Part shown: one piece after another, positions 41,027 to 54,454 of the stretch
Layout: each line of letters begins with the position of its first letter
How positions within the stretch are numbered: position 1 is the first letter of the stretch
DNA from: Eledone cirrhosa
Taxonomy: Eukaryota
Direction of reading: 5' to 3'
Assembly (NCBI GenBank): GCA_964016885.1
Contig: OZ024741.1
Span: 332,134,001-332,198,000 of the forward strand
DNA length: 64,000 nt
The notes under the pieces: model-generated
Seen by the model: the letters and a program-made list of their open reading frames with translations, nothing else
The model's database searches: none
Told to the model about the DNA's origin: nothing
Translations under genes and position numbers: made by a program

Positions 41027-42778
41027 TTAATTGTAAGTTGTGATGTTGCTGTTCCACTCATATTTTCTATTTAATTTTGGTTTTAATTCTTTTATGCTTA
41101 CTGCCTCTGTAATTTGCCTAAACATTGCGTCTTTCTTGTGTGTGGATTCTATTTTTATTTCTATGCTCTCTAATTTACCCCTGTGTTCTATCTTAGCATG
41201 TTGGTAGAGCACAGATGATTCTTTACTATCTTGGAGGTCTCGCCAGTGTTCATTTATTCGTTCCCCTATACTACGAGCTGTCTCACCTATGTACACTACA
41301 TTTTTGTTTCTACATTGTCCTTCAGTACATCTTATGCTATACACTACATTTCTAGTTTTACAGTTAATATGGGGGCTTATTTTACAGGTTATACATTTCT
41401 TATCTATACATGAGGGTCTTTGGAACGGGTATGTCTTGCTAATAAGTGTTTTTACGGAGGTACCAGGTCTTTCTACTATCTTAATATTGAGATTATGTTT
41501 CTTTAGGGCCCTTCTAAATTTGTAGGCTAGTTCGCCTCTAGGGGTTGTATTGATGAACATTACACTCTGGTATTTATTGCTATCATACCATGAGTTTATT
41601 CTATTGGCCTTGTTCTTAGTTCTTTCTATTCTATTCCAAAATTTGCTCCTATACAAGGGGCAGGTCCCATTTATGTCATTATTTACCATTTTTTCCCATT
41701 TGGTTCTGGCTCCTTTATACACTCTGATTCTATCTCTCTGATTGTAGCCAGAGAACTGCATACGGTGGATGAAGTGTTGTATGTGTCTCTCTAGTTCTTC
41801 GGGGTTGCACATGCGGGACACATTTCTCATCACCCGTACCAAATCCGCAATCAGTATGTTGATTTTGGTATGGTCCGAAATGGCCGAGTTTCGGTGGATC
41901 AGATGTTTGGAAGTCATGGGTTTGGCATAATGGGAATGGAGGATTTGTTTTTGGTTGTTAATAGTATCTAACCAGAGCTCTGTGTCTAGTACAGGTAATC
42001 GATGGTTGGGGTGTCTACTTGGGTAGTCTATAGTAACTCTAATGCTCTGGTGGATGGAGTTTGCTATTTGCTGGATGCTTTCCATTGTGTTTTTCTCTAG
42101 TTCCTGACTGTTCTTTAGTGGGGGTGTCTTAACTACGATGTTTATATCATCTACGTAGCGGGAGTACATTATCAGGGTTAAGCTGTCTTCTAATTGTTCA
42201 TTAAGTTTTTGTTTAAGTCTACTGTCCCACCATACCATGAATAAGTTAGCTATGTCGCCTGCAATGCTAACACCAATGGCTGCTCCTTCCTCTTGGGCAT
42301 ATGTTTTACCATTAAATTTGAACATATGTTCCTTAAGGGTTAGTTTTATGCTGGCCCCTACCGCATGTGCAATCATTTTCTTCAGTTCATCGTGGTTTTC
42401 GGGTGTCCGTATGGCTCTGGTCCGCCCGTTCCATCTATCTGTGTGGGTTTTCTTGGCCATTGAGGTAATGGTAGGTGGTCTGCCTCTTGCTGGTCTTGTA
42501 GGGCACAGGTTGCTAAGGTCATAAGTGTCTAGGTAACTATTACTATGGGTAAGCTTAAGTAGAAGTCCCAGCTCACTGGTATCAATCCCACGGAACTCAA
42601 CCTTGCTCTCGCTGATCATTTCGACGCATTTCTCCACAGCAAAATCCACGTCAATAGATGGATACAGGGACACAACATCCATACTGCCTATTATGCAGTT
42701 TGTTAGGTCCCCAGATCGGTTACCCGCGCCGATTCTGCTGAGGAGGTCCTCCGTGCTGTCACACACATCTGGGGACAT
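41027..42778 (-). CDS. PLE RT plus C-terminal GIY-YIG endonuclease (5'-truncated), left arm
   Basis: Identical 583-aa translation to 42905-44656. Confidence 0.88.
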   Translation of the reverse strand: MSPDVCDSTEDLLSRIGAGNRSGDLTNCIIGSMDVVSLYPSIDVDFAVEKCVEMISESKVEFRGIDTSELGLLLKLTHSNSYLDTYDLSNLCPTRPARGRPPTITSMAKKTHTDRWNGRTRAIRTPENHDELKKMIAHAVGASIKLTLKEHMFKFNGKTYAQEEGAAIGVSIAGDIANLFMVWWDSRLKQKLNEQLEDSLTLIMYSRYVDDINIVVKTPPLKNSQELEKNTMESIQQIANSIHQSIRVTIDYPSRHPNHRLPVLDTELWLDTINNQKQILHSHYAKPMTSKHLIHRNSAISDHTKINILIADLVRVMRNVSRMCNPEELERHIQHFIHRMQFSGYNQRDRIRVYKGARTKWEKMVNNDINGTCPLYRSKFWNRIERTKNKANRINSWYDSNKYQSVMFINTTPRGELAYKFRRALKKHNLNIKIVERPGTSVKTLISKTYPFQRPSCIDKKCITCKISPHINCKTRNVVYSIRCTEGQCRNKNVVYIGETARSIGERINEHWRDLQDSKESSVLYQHAKIEHRGKLESIEIKIESTHKKDAMFRQITEAVSIKELKPKLNRKYEWNSNITTYN

Positions 42779-42904
42779 CTCAATGATGGGGCGTATGATC
42801 AGGGAGAGGAAGTAGGACAGTCTGTAGTTACTAGCAATAAGTTACTTGCTAGTAACTACAGACTGTCCTACTTCCTCTCCCTGATCATACGCCCCATCAT
42901 TGAG

Positions 42905-44656
42905 ATGTCCCCAGATGTGTGTGACAGCACGGAGGACCTCCTCAGCAGAATCGGCGCGGGTAACCGATCTGGGGACCTAACAAACTGCATAATAGGCAGT
43001 ATGGATGTTGTGTCCCTGTATCCATCTATTGACGTGGATTTTGCTGTGGAGAAATGCGTCGAAATGATCAGCGAGAGCAAGGTTGAGTTCCGTGGGATTG
43101 ATACCAGTGAGCTGGGACTTCTACTTAAGCTTACCCATAGTAATAGTTACCTAGACACTTATGACCTTAGCAACCTGTGCCCTACAAGACCAGCAAGAGG
43201 CAGACCACCTACCATTACCTCAATGGCCAAGAAAACCCACACAGATAGATGGAACGGGCGGACCAGAGCCATACGGACACCCGAAAACCACGATGAACTG
43301 AAGAAAATGATTGCACATGCGGTAGGGGCCAGCATAAAACTAACCCTTAAGGAACATATGTTCAAATTTAATGGTAAAACATATGCCCAAGAGGAAGGAG
43401 CAGCCATTGGTGTTAGCATTGCAGGCGACATAGCTAACTTATTCATGGTATGGTGGGACAGTAGACTTAAACAAAAACTTAATGAACAATTAGAAGACAG
43501 CTTAACCCTGATAATGTACTCCCGCTACGTAGATGATATAAACATCGTAGTTAAGACACCCCCACTAAAGAACAGTCAGGAACTAGAGAAAAACACAATG
43601 GAAAGCATCCAGCAAATAGCAAACTCCATCCACCAGAGCATTAGAGTTACTATAGACTACCCAAGTAGACACCCCAACCATCGATTACCTGTACTAGACA
43701 CAGAGCTCTGGTTAGATACTATTAACAACCAAAAACAAATCCTCCATTCCCATTATGCCAAACCCATGACTTCCAAACATCTGATCCACCGAAACTCGGC
43801 CATTTCGGACCATACCAAAATCAACATACTGATTGCGGATTTGGTACGGGTGATGAGAAATGTGTCCCGCATGTGCAACCCCGAAGAACTAGAGAGACAC
43901 ATACAACACTTCATCCACCGTATGCAGTTCTCTGGCTACAATCAGAGAGATAGAATCAGAGTGTATAAAGGAGCCAGAACCAAATGGGAAAAAATGGTAA
44001 ATAATGACATAAATGGGACCTGCCCCTTGTATAGGAGCAAATTTTGGAATAGAATAGAAAGAACTAAGAACAAGGCCAATAGAATAAACTCATGGTATGA
44101 TAGCAATAAATACCAGAGTGTAATGTTCATCAATACAACCCCTAGAGGCGAACTAGCCTACAAATTTAGAAGGGCCCTAAAGAAACATAATCTCAATATT
44201 AAGATAGTAGAAAGACCTGGTACCTCCGTAAAAACACTTATTAGCAAGACATACCCGTTCCAAAGACCCTCATGTATAGATAAGAAATGTATAACCTGTA
44301 AAATAAGCCCCCATATTAACTGTAAAACTAGAAATGTAGTGTATAGCATAAGATGTACTGAAGGACAATGTAGAAACAAAAATGTAGTGTACATAGGTGA
44401 GACAGCTCGTAGTATAGGGGAACGAATAAATGAACACTGGCGAGACCTCCAAGATAGTAAAGAATCATCTGTGCTCTACCAACATGCTAAGATAGAACAC
44501 AGGGGTAAATTAGAGAGCATAGAAATAAAAATAGAATCCACACACAAGAAAGACGCAATGTTTAGGCAAATTACAGAGGCAGTAAGCATAAAAGAATTAA
44601 AACCAAAATTAAATAGAAAATATGAGTGGAACAGCAACATCACAACTTACAATTAA
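42905..44656 (+). CDS. PLE RT plus C-terminal GIY-YIG endonuclease (5'-truncated), right arm
   Basis: GSMDVVSLYPSI (motif A), GAAIGVSIA (B'), RYVDDI (C), LPVLD (E), linker C....C..C, NVVYSIRC..C..VYIGETAR..ER..EH..H..E..LN; frame stays open upstream to the centre (ASNYRLSYFLSLIIRPIIE). Confidence 0.9.
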   Translation: MSPDVCDSTEDLLSRIGAGNRSGDLTNCIIGSMDVVSLYPSIDVDFAVEKCVEMISESKVEFRGIDTSELGLLLKLTHSNSYLDTYDLSNLCPTRPARGRPPTITSMAKKTHTDRWNGRTRAIRTPENHDELKKMIAHAVGASIKLTLKEHMFKFNGKTYAQEEGAAIGVSIAGDIANLFMVWWDSRLKQKLNEQLEDSLTLIMYSRYVDDINIVVKTPPLKNSQELEKNTMESIQQIANSIHQSIRVTIDYPSRHPNHRLPVLDTELWLDTINNQKQILHSHYAKPMTSKHLIHRNSAISDHTKINILIADLVRVMRNVSRMCNPEELERHIQHFIHRMQFSGYNQRDRIRVYKGARTKWEKMVNNDINGTCPLYRSKFWNRIERTKNKANRINSWYDSNKYQSVMFINTTPRGELAYKFRRALKKHNLNIKIVERPGTSVKTLISKTYPFQRPSCIDKKCITCKISPHINCKTRNVVYSIRCTEGQCRNKNVVYIGETARSIGERINEHWRDLQDSKESSVLYQHAKIEHRGKLESIEIKIESTHKKDAMFRQITEAVSIKELKPKLNRKYEWNSNITTYN

Positions 44657-44859
44657 GGACAAAATGAAAACACACACACACATAGAACAAACAACTTACA
44701 ATTGAAAACACACACAAAATGAAAACACACACAAGACAAAATGAAAACACACACACACATAGAACAAACAACCAACCAACAATAAATAAATAAATAAACA
44801 AACAAATAGAAAAATATAAATAGAAAAATAGAAAAATGAACACAAACACACACAGACAC

Positions 44860-44915
44860 CCGGATGTGGCGCATGCGCAAACTGAGCACGCAACCCACAC
44901 ACAAACAAAATGGCG
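44860..44915 (+). promoter_or_regulatory. Putative pLTR promoter motifs: ETS-like CCGGATGT, NRF1-like GCGCATGCGC, YY1-like AAAATGGCG
   Basis: 44860-44867, 44869-44878, 44907-44915 in an otherwise A/C-rich UTR; mirrored at 40768-40823. Confidence 0.45.
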
Positions 44916-44961
44916 TAGGATAGAAGAAAGGAAAGGCACAGAAACGAAGAAAGAAATCCCC

Positions 44962-45006
44962 AGTCACTGAAGAGGTCACAGAGTGTGTGACGAAAGAACT
45001 ATGACT
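44962..45006 (+). ncRNA. Type I minimal hammerhead in the PLE 3' pLTR (mirror 40677-40721, minus)
   Basis: AGUCA CUGAAGA G GUCACA GAGUG UGUGAC GAAA G AA C UA/UGACU. Confidence 0.75.
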
Positions 45007-45221
45007 ATATATATATAAACAACTATCTGGTTGTGGAACCAACCAACCAACCAGAAATTTATAAATTTGTAAATTTATAAATATTTAATAAATTAAATTG
45101 AAGTGAAAGCAACTGGTGCGTGTGTTTCTTATTGGCAACATGACCCTCCCAAAGTATAACAATATCGGTTTCAACACACGATTTCAGATAAAGAATCTTG
45201 CTAAACAAATTCAGAAACGAA

Positions 45222-45252
<31 letters not shown>

Positions 45253-45291
45253 TGTATATATATGTATATAAATATATATATATGTATATAC

Positions 45292-45323
<32 letters not shown>

Positions 45324-45790
45324 GTGTGTGTGTGTATGTATGTGAGAGTGTGCATGTATATGTGTATAGAGGGAGAAAGAGAGAATGAGAGATAGATAGA
45401 GAAATGGTGGTGCCACAGTAAGGCCAAAACCTATGAGATAGAACAAGTGAAAAGTAAAAAGATATATACATAAACACACACAAGATTTCTATATTTAATT
45501 ATATAAAAAGAAAATATTTGATGTATCTGTACATATAAGTGTATTTGTAATACTGTAAATGATAAGAGATGCATATAAACCCACACACACATGCTCGAGC
45601 TGTTTAACTCATGTGTATGTGTTGTTATGTGTGTATCTGTGTATTATATATGGAGGTGTGCATATAAAACTCTCTCTCTCTCTCTTATATATATATATGT
45701 ATATACACATATATATATATATATACATGTTTACATATATATATATACTTATATATATACACACACATATATGTAAATGTATATATACAC

Positions 45791-45821
<31 letters not shown>

Positions 45822-45949
45822 CATACATATATATATAGGAAAATGTATGACCCCCAACAGCAGAGCTCAAGCCGTTTCGACGGCTATTTCTGGATTATTC
45901 TAGTCCATTACCACAACACCTTTGCTATATATATATATATATATATATA

Positions 45950-46662
45950 ACTAACAGGTAGGGAGAAATATGTATGCAGTAGATGTACAGGGAAATTAGA
46001 CAGTAGAAGTCGCACTGATAGACAGATTTTTCAAATGCAAGAGGGCGCTATAGAAGTGGTGGATAGCTTCCGGTACCTAGGAGATCAGATTAACATGGGA
46101 GGAGGGTGTTCCGAGGCCATAGTATCTAGAATAAGGATGGGCTGGAAGAAGTTTAGGGAGCTGCTTCCTCTGTTGACGAAGAAGGGTTTCTCCCTGCGTA
46201 CGAAAGGCCGGTTGTATGATGCCTGTGTGAGGAGCGCGATACTGCATGGTAGTGAGACATGGGCAGCAACTGCAGAGGATATGCGACGGCTGGAGAGAAA
46301 TGAGGCAAGCATGCTCCGTTGGATGTGCAGTGTAAATGTGCGTGAACGACCCAGCATAAATGTGTTGAGAGAGAAACTGTGTCTGAGAGGAATAGAATGT
46401 AGTGTACGGGAGAGGAGACTGAGGTGGTATGGACATGTGATGTGCATGGAGGATGACCGATGGGTGAAGAAGTGCCAGGAAATGCCAGTTGAGGGAAGAC
46501 GTGGTAGAGGTAGACCACGAAAAACATGGGCGGAGGTGGTGAGAACAGACCTCAGATCATTGAAGCTCACGGTGGAGATGACGAGGGACCGTGACGAGTG
46601 GAGAGATGCTGTGCTGAATAAGACTCGTCCCGCCCTTGCAAGCAGGGAAAAGCGGACGTAAA

Positions 46663-46693
<31 letters not shown>
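45950..46693 (+). mobile_element. RTE LINE 3' fragment (second family) with (GAT)n tail
   Basis: ORF 46035-46661: [39 protein letters not shown]; end cttgcaagcagggaaaagcggacgtaaaatgatgat matches the SINE tail. Confidence 0.9.
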
Positions 46694-46694
<1 letters not shown>

Positions 46695-46719
46695 ATATAT
46701 ATATACATACATTTATACA

Positions 46720-46751
<32 letters not shown>

Positions 46752-46793
46752 CACATATATATATATACACATATATATATACACATATATATA

Positions 46794-47129
46794 ATCATCA
46801 TCATCATCATCATCATCATTTTACGACTGCTTTTCCCTGCATGCAAGGGTGGGACGGGAACTGATTCTGGCTTGATTTCTACAGCAGAATGCCCTTCCTA
46901 ACACCAACCTCATTTACAGTGAGTGCTGGATGCTTTTTTGCCGTGGCACCTCCACGTCCACTTTGCAGTGGAATGATATGGACCCCAGTCCCTATCATCT
47001 CCAGTAAAGTGGAGCAATGTGAAATAAAGTGTCTTGCTCAAGGAAACAACACATCATGCGGTCTGAGAATTGAACTCACAACCTTTCGATTGCAAGGCCA
47101 ATGCTCTAACCACTAAGCCATGTGCCTCC
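46794..47129 (-). mobile_element. tRNA/RTE-tail SINE
   Basis: Full head-to-tail match to the family. Confidence 0.88.
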
Positions 47130-47173
47130 ATATATAGACATATATGAATATATATATATATACATATATACAT

Positions 47174-47590
47174 ATAATATAAGATCAAAAGATGGTTAAA
47201 GGAGTTCCATGTATTTTATTATGCGCATTTCAAAAACAAACATCATCAAGCAATAATATTTGTGTTTTCATCAGATAAAACAGGAGAACATGATATGAAG
47301 GCTAAAAAACACTTGTGGATAGTGCAGTTCAACATATGTTGATTTAAAACTGCACTATCCACAAGTGTTTTTTAGCCTTCATATCATGTTCTCCTGTTTT
47401 ATCTGATGAAAACACAAATATTATTGCTTGATGATGTTTGTTTTTGAAATGCGCATAATAAAATACATGGAACTCCTTTAACCATCTTTTGATCTTATAT
47501 TATGTATACTCCAGCCCTACAAACTGTAGAGTGCTTCTTATCTGATATCTGCATTGCTTTATTGTACTACAATAAAACTCACCTCCTACA
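47174..47590. mobile_element. PLE-type fold-back: 156-bp arms (47174-47329, 47348-47503) plus tail
   Basis: Mirror coordinates sum to 94677; flanked by (TA)-rich tracts. Confidence 0.85.
47397..47463 (+). ncRNA. Type I hammerhead ribozyme with intact core (mirror 47214-47280, minus)
   Basis: UUUUAU CUGAUGA AAACACAAAUAUUAUU..GAUGAUGUUUGUUUUU GAAA UGCGCA UA/AUAAAA; palindromic stem III AUGCGCAU. Confidence 0.85.
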
Positions 47591-47597
47591 TATATAC

Positions 47598-47644
<47 letters not shown>

Positions 47645-48186
47645 TATATACATATATATATATGTATACATATATAAGTATATATATGTATAAATATACA
47701 TATATACATATATGTATAGATACATATACATATATATATATACATATATGTATACATATATGTATATTGTGTCCATATATGTATGTGTATATAAAATTCA
47801 TGTATGGATGTGTATAAGAATATTGAATTCTCAAATACAGAGAAAACTAACAAAAAAACATCCATACAATATGAACATATATTGGACAAAGAGTTTCTTC
47901 ATTCAATTACACTTACAATACAAACACACACACATACATACAAACGTATATATACCACCCTATACACATACATGTATATATACATATATATATAATTTTT
48001 ACATACACACATATAATACATATATATAATATATGTATTAATATATGTATTATATACGTATATATACATTATATGTATATTATATATATAATATATATAT
48101 ATATATTATATATATATGTATATTATATATATATAATATATATGTATTTACATATAAATATATATTATATATATATACACAGGCAC

Positions 48187-48260
<74 letters not shown>

Positions 48261-48422
48261 CGGCGATGAATTAGTTTTGCGAGGTTTTTTATACGAAATC
48301 GTGTGTCGAAACAAATATTGTTATACTTGGGGAGGGTCATATTTGTGTAATATTTTTTGTGTGTTCTGTTATTAATTCTGGCAATATTACACAAATATGA
48401 CCCTCCCCAAGTATAACAATAT
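48261..48422 (-). mobile_element. Miniature relative of the 40.5-45.2 kb PLE end: tail plus 40-bp inverted arms
   Basis: Arms 48315-48354 and 48383-48422; gaaatcgtgtgt.gaaac..atattgttatactt.gggagggtcat shared with rc of 45139-45185. Confidence 0.8.
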
Positions 48423-48874
48423 GTATGTGTATGTGTATATATATATATATACACATACACATTACACATACATGTGTGTATACATGGAAAGAATCATTTT
48501 ACATATCTTTGGGCATATTTGAATATTGAAAGTATGTTAGCTTACTGTAAGCAGCTTCAACACAGGTTTAACTATAAAATAGCCAAATGCGTTTGGCATT
48601 TAAACTTCTGGAGACAGAACAACAGTTTTCAGAGTTGCCTGTGGGAATTGAATTTGTATCTTCTGTGCTAGGTAGCAGCGTTACCATTGCATCTGGCAAA
48701 TATGAGTTCAATTACCACAGCTGCCTATCTCCATTTTCTCACCTTCAGTGGCTCATATCCTATATACTGAACTTGTTTCCCTATCTGATAAGTAGAAATA
48801 AGTTGTAGTGTCTTACATTTGATATTTAAGTGTGTATATATATTATATATATATGTGTATATATATATATATAT

Positions 48875-49202
48875 GGAGGCACATGGCTTAGTGGTTAGAG
48901 CATTGGCCTTGCAATCGAAAGGTTGTGAGTTCAATTCGCAGACCGGGTGATGTGTTGTTTCCTCGAGCAAGACACTTTATTTCACATTGCTCCAGTTTAC
49001 TCAGCTGTAGAAATGAGATGAAAGGGACTGGGGTCCATATCATTCCACTGCAAAGTGGTCGTGGAGGTGCCATGGCAAAAAAGCACCCAGCACTCACTGT
49101 AAATGAGGTTGGTGTTAGGAAGGGCATCCAGCTGTAGAAATCAAGCCAGAATCAGTTCCCAAGCAAGGAAAAAGCAGACGTAAAATGAAATAAAATGAAT
49201 GA
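48875..49202 (+). mobile_element. tRNA/RTE-tail SINE
   Basis: Full head-to-tail match to the family. Confidence 0.88.
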
Positions 49203-49304
49203 TATATATATATATATATAAAAGGTAAACAGAAATAACAACACAATTGGTACAGTATATGGAAGGGATATTTTAGGTTAACGCTTGATATAGCAGGAAG
49301 AGAG

Positions 49305-49340
49305 TCTTAACGTTTTGGACGCTAGTCTTTCATCAGAAGA
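49305..49340 (-). ncRNA. Degenerate minimal hammerhead (G12 replaced by A)
   Basis: UCUU CUGAUGA AAGAC UAGC GUCC AAAA CG UU/AAGA. Confidence 0.45.
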
Positions 49341-49759
49341 AAGACTGAGAAATAAGATAGATTGAGGGGATGGGCGGCATGGAATTGGAAAAAATGTCTT
49401 TAGATAAAAATAACAGGTCCATTCATGTTGACATCTCTTGCATAACTGTTGGTGCTGGCGTTTTGTGTATGATTTATTTTTTAGAAAAGTGGATGATGGA
49501 GCGCCTCTACCTAAAATGGAAAATATATATACATATATTCATTTTAATAAAACTGAATAGTGAGTCTTGTTACTCTGGAGTTTTGCCTGATTATCACAGA
49601 GTAATCAAACAAGAACTATATATATATTATTGCAGAGTAACTTCATGAGGATAAGCCAGTCTGAGTGATCCAAAAGCCCTTGTGGTCAGTAGTTTATTCC
49701 AGCTAAGAGTTGTTGGTTAGGAATGACGGAGTATTCATTTATCAAATAAGGGTAGGTAA

Positions 49760-50046
49760 GATGAGGTTATTTCCCCATAATTGCTTTATTGCATGATATA
49801 TATTTCTGTTACATGGCTATGCATGTGACTTCATCAGATGCTTATTAAACTATAGGTGTAGTTAGGCAATTAGGGACACATGCCTGTTGGCAACACAACT
49901 GGATGGTAATACATGACCAGTGACATATCCCCATGATTGCATACCTACACCTGTGGTTGTATAAGCATCTGATGAAGTCACATGTATAACCATGTAACAG
50001 AAATATATATCATGCAATAAAGCTATTATGGTGAAATAACCTCATC
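49760..50046. ncRNA. Fold-back with two type I hammerheads (49965-50015 plus, 49791-49841 minus)
   Basis: GCAU CUGAUGA a-GUCACAUG..CAUGUAAC-a GAAA UAUAUA UC/AUGC; arms ~115 bp. Confidence 0.78.
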
Positions 50047-50095
50047 ATTACTCTTATATAGATATATACATATATATCTATATACATACATACAT

Positions 50096-50151
<56 letters not shown>

Positions 50152-51109
50152 CAAGCATAGCTTTATACAAATATGTATAGAAATTTTGTATATATATATA
50201 AATGAAGAGAAAACAAGGTTAATATCTCAAATCCATTCTTTAATTTCTATGTACAATTCAATACAGGTAATAATGGTACATGCATATGCAAACAATAAGT
50301 TAATTATAAAGAGTTAATTATCAATTATTTACACAAAACATAATACATATAACATCTGCATATCATCAGGAATTATAAAAAGGGATAAAGTTTAACCAAA
50401 TTCAATATATATATATATGAATGAAATAAATTTTAAGCCAGATGTTACATATAATAATTACTGGATAATACATATTTCAGTGACACTAGTTTGGGGCTGC
50501 TATGTGATCATTACAACTACAACTGGCTCTGGTATGACATCCGAAGATGTTAACTCAATTATGTGAAGGAGTTGATATATCACATAGAAACACTAACATG
50601 TTTGCCGATGTCCAGTGAACACATACACACCTATAGGTGAAACTTCAAACCCAATGTCAACCTTTTTCTTGTAAAATAAATTCTATTCCCTATTTTCATA
50701 TATTGAATTCTTATTTAGTTAATGTTTGTCTTTATGCCTACTTATTATATACATATGCATTAATATATATAATATATATAAATAAATATACATATATATA
50801 TATATGCAAAGTTTTATTTAAATTGTTGGGTTACAACGAGTAAATATTTATAACTGATATAAAAGCACTCAACAAGTATTTGGAGTATATTTACGATATT
50901 AAATAAATGGAAACTATATTTATAAAACCATATTTATTTCATTATATATATTTCAGGGATATCATATTAAAAATATGGTATGCCTTCATCAGACAAAATA
51001 CAATATAAACAGTCTTATAAATAGATAGATTTGACATACCTTACACTTCAACTTCCATTTAAAAAGTTGATTTGGTATATATCATATATATATATATATA
51101 TGTATATAT

Positions 51110-53095
<1,986 letters not shown>

Positions 53096-54454
53096 AAACA
53101 AAGAAAGTATCTAACAGCCTTCAAAATATGTAAGAAGAAAAATATTTGTTTCTCTTCAAGGAAATATGCCAGGAGTGAAGGGAAGATCACACACTGTAAT
53201 CTTTTGACTAGCTGTGAAAGGAAGAGCTATTTCCAGTAGGAAAAAAAGTATATTAAAAGATTGGAAGAAAAAGGAAATATATACATATACAGAAGTCTTT
53301 TCAATTTTTAAAAAAATCTGAATCGATATAAGATAAACAAACATAAAAAAGCCCATTCTGTTTTTTTTTTTTAACATTATCATATGGTAATAATAGTCAT
53401 CGATGGCGTATGAATTGATATCATTCATATGGAGTTATAATATATGTATTATGGAATACCTGTATTTCATTTGTTAAAAAAATGAGAGTTCTGTTATGAT
53501 TTAGTGAAATACAAGAAGCTGTTATTATTTCACATATATACTGTTAGGATGTGAGCTGTATTACAATGTGTCCGGATATATTTTGACTAAGATTTGGGAT
53601 GACAATTCTTTTGTGTTAAAGACATGACAACCTCCCTAGTGTTGGTGATCTACATGATGAATGCACCCCCATACACTCTAAAGTAGTTGATGATGGGAAG
53701 AGCATCAAATTATAGAAGACCTGAAAACAAAGGAACAAAGAATCAAAAGGATTCTTCAGTTGTGTCAAAGATAGGACAACCTCCCTAGTATTTGTGATCT
53801 ATATGATAAATGTACCCAGTACACCCTGTGAAGTGGTTGGTGATAGGAAAGGCATCTAACCGCAGAAAACCTTCCAAACAAACTAGAGAGATCCCTTTAG
53901 TTGTGTCAACAACATGATAAACTCCCTAGTTTTATGATAGAATGTACTTGGAAGAGTGTGTGAATGTATGTAAGCAAGATGCAGCAGGCTCTAGCCTATT
54001 TCAGCTGCAAGATGAATGTACGGGCCTATCTGAAAAGTTAATAGCCTCGTAAGTGTACTGACTTGGTCTGTGATGACCAACACAAGCCTTGCCAGCAAAG
54101 AAAACAATCTTAAATGATATTGTGGAGTGTTTTTTATCCACTTTATTTTCATCATTAAAGAATATTTAAAAAAAATCCCTTATAACTATTATTTTGCTAA
54201 GATACAGCAGGCTTAATATAATACATAGGAACGTGACAAGTGGAGAGACGCTGCACTGAGAAGGACCCATCCAACTCATGCAAACGTGGAACAATGGATG
54301 TAAAATGATAATGATGAATTTTATCAGTGGAAATAACTAAAGACAGATATAAAAAATATTGAATTTTTGTACACAGTGTAATAAATTCTATAGAGTTTAT
54401 GGTCCAGATTAAATGAAGCTGTGGGCTGTAGTTTGCCAGCTCTGTTATATAAAC

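Larger units (their letters stand above)
40518..45222. mobile_element. Penelope-like element as a head-to-head palindrome: arms 40518-42837 and 42846-45165, 8-nt spacer, 3' tail 45166-45222
   Basis: Mirror coordinates sum to 85683; all listed mirror ORFs translate identically. Confidence 0.93.

Noticed and set aside
42905-44656. Autonomous full-length PLE gene pair
   Set aside because: The frame is cut in RT motif 2 at the palindrome centre; the N-terminal region and motif 1 are missing and the listed Met is internal
48560-48810. Possible host exon; also 52441-52462 and 53161-53239 after AG acceptors
   Set aside because: No recognisable protein and no convincing splice pair; cannot be supported without RNA data
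50270-50620. Further hammerhead-like traces (CUGAUGA on minus at 50363-50369; CCGAAGA at 50541), also ~45870 and ~32360
   Set aside because: GAAA or stems I/III could not be completed; not counted
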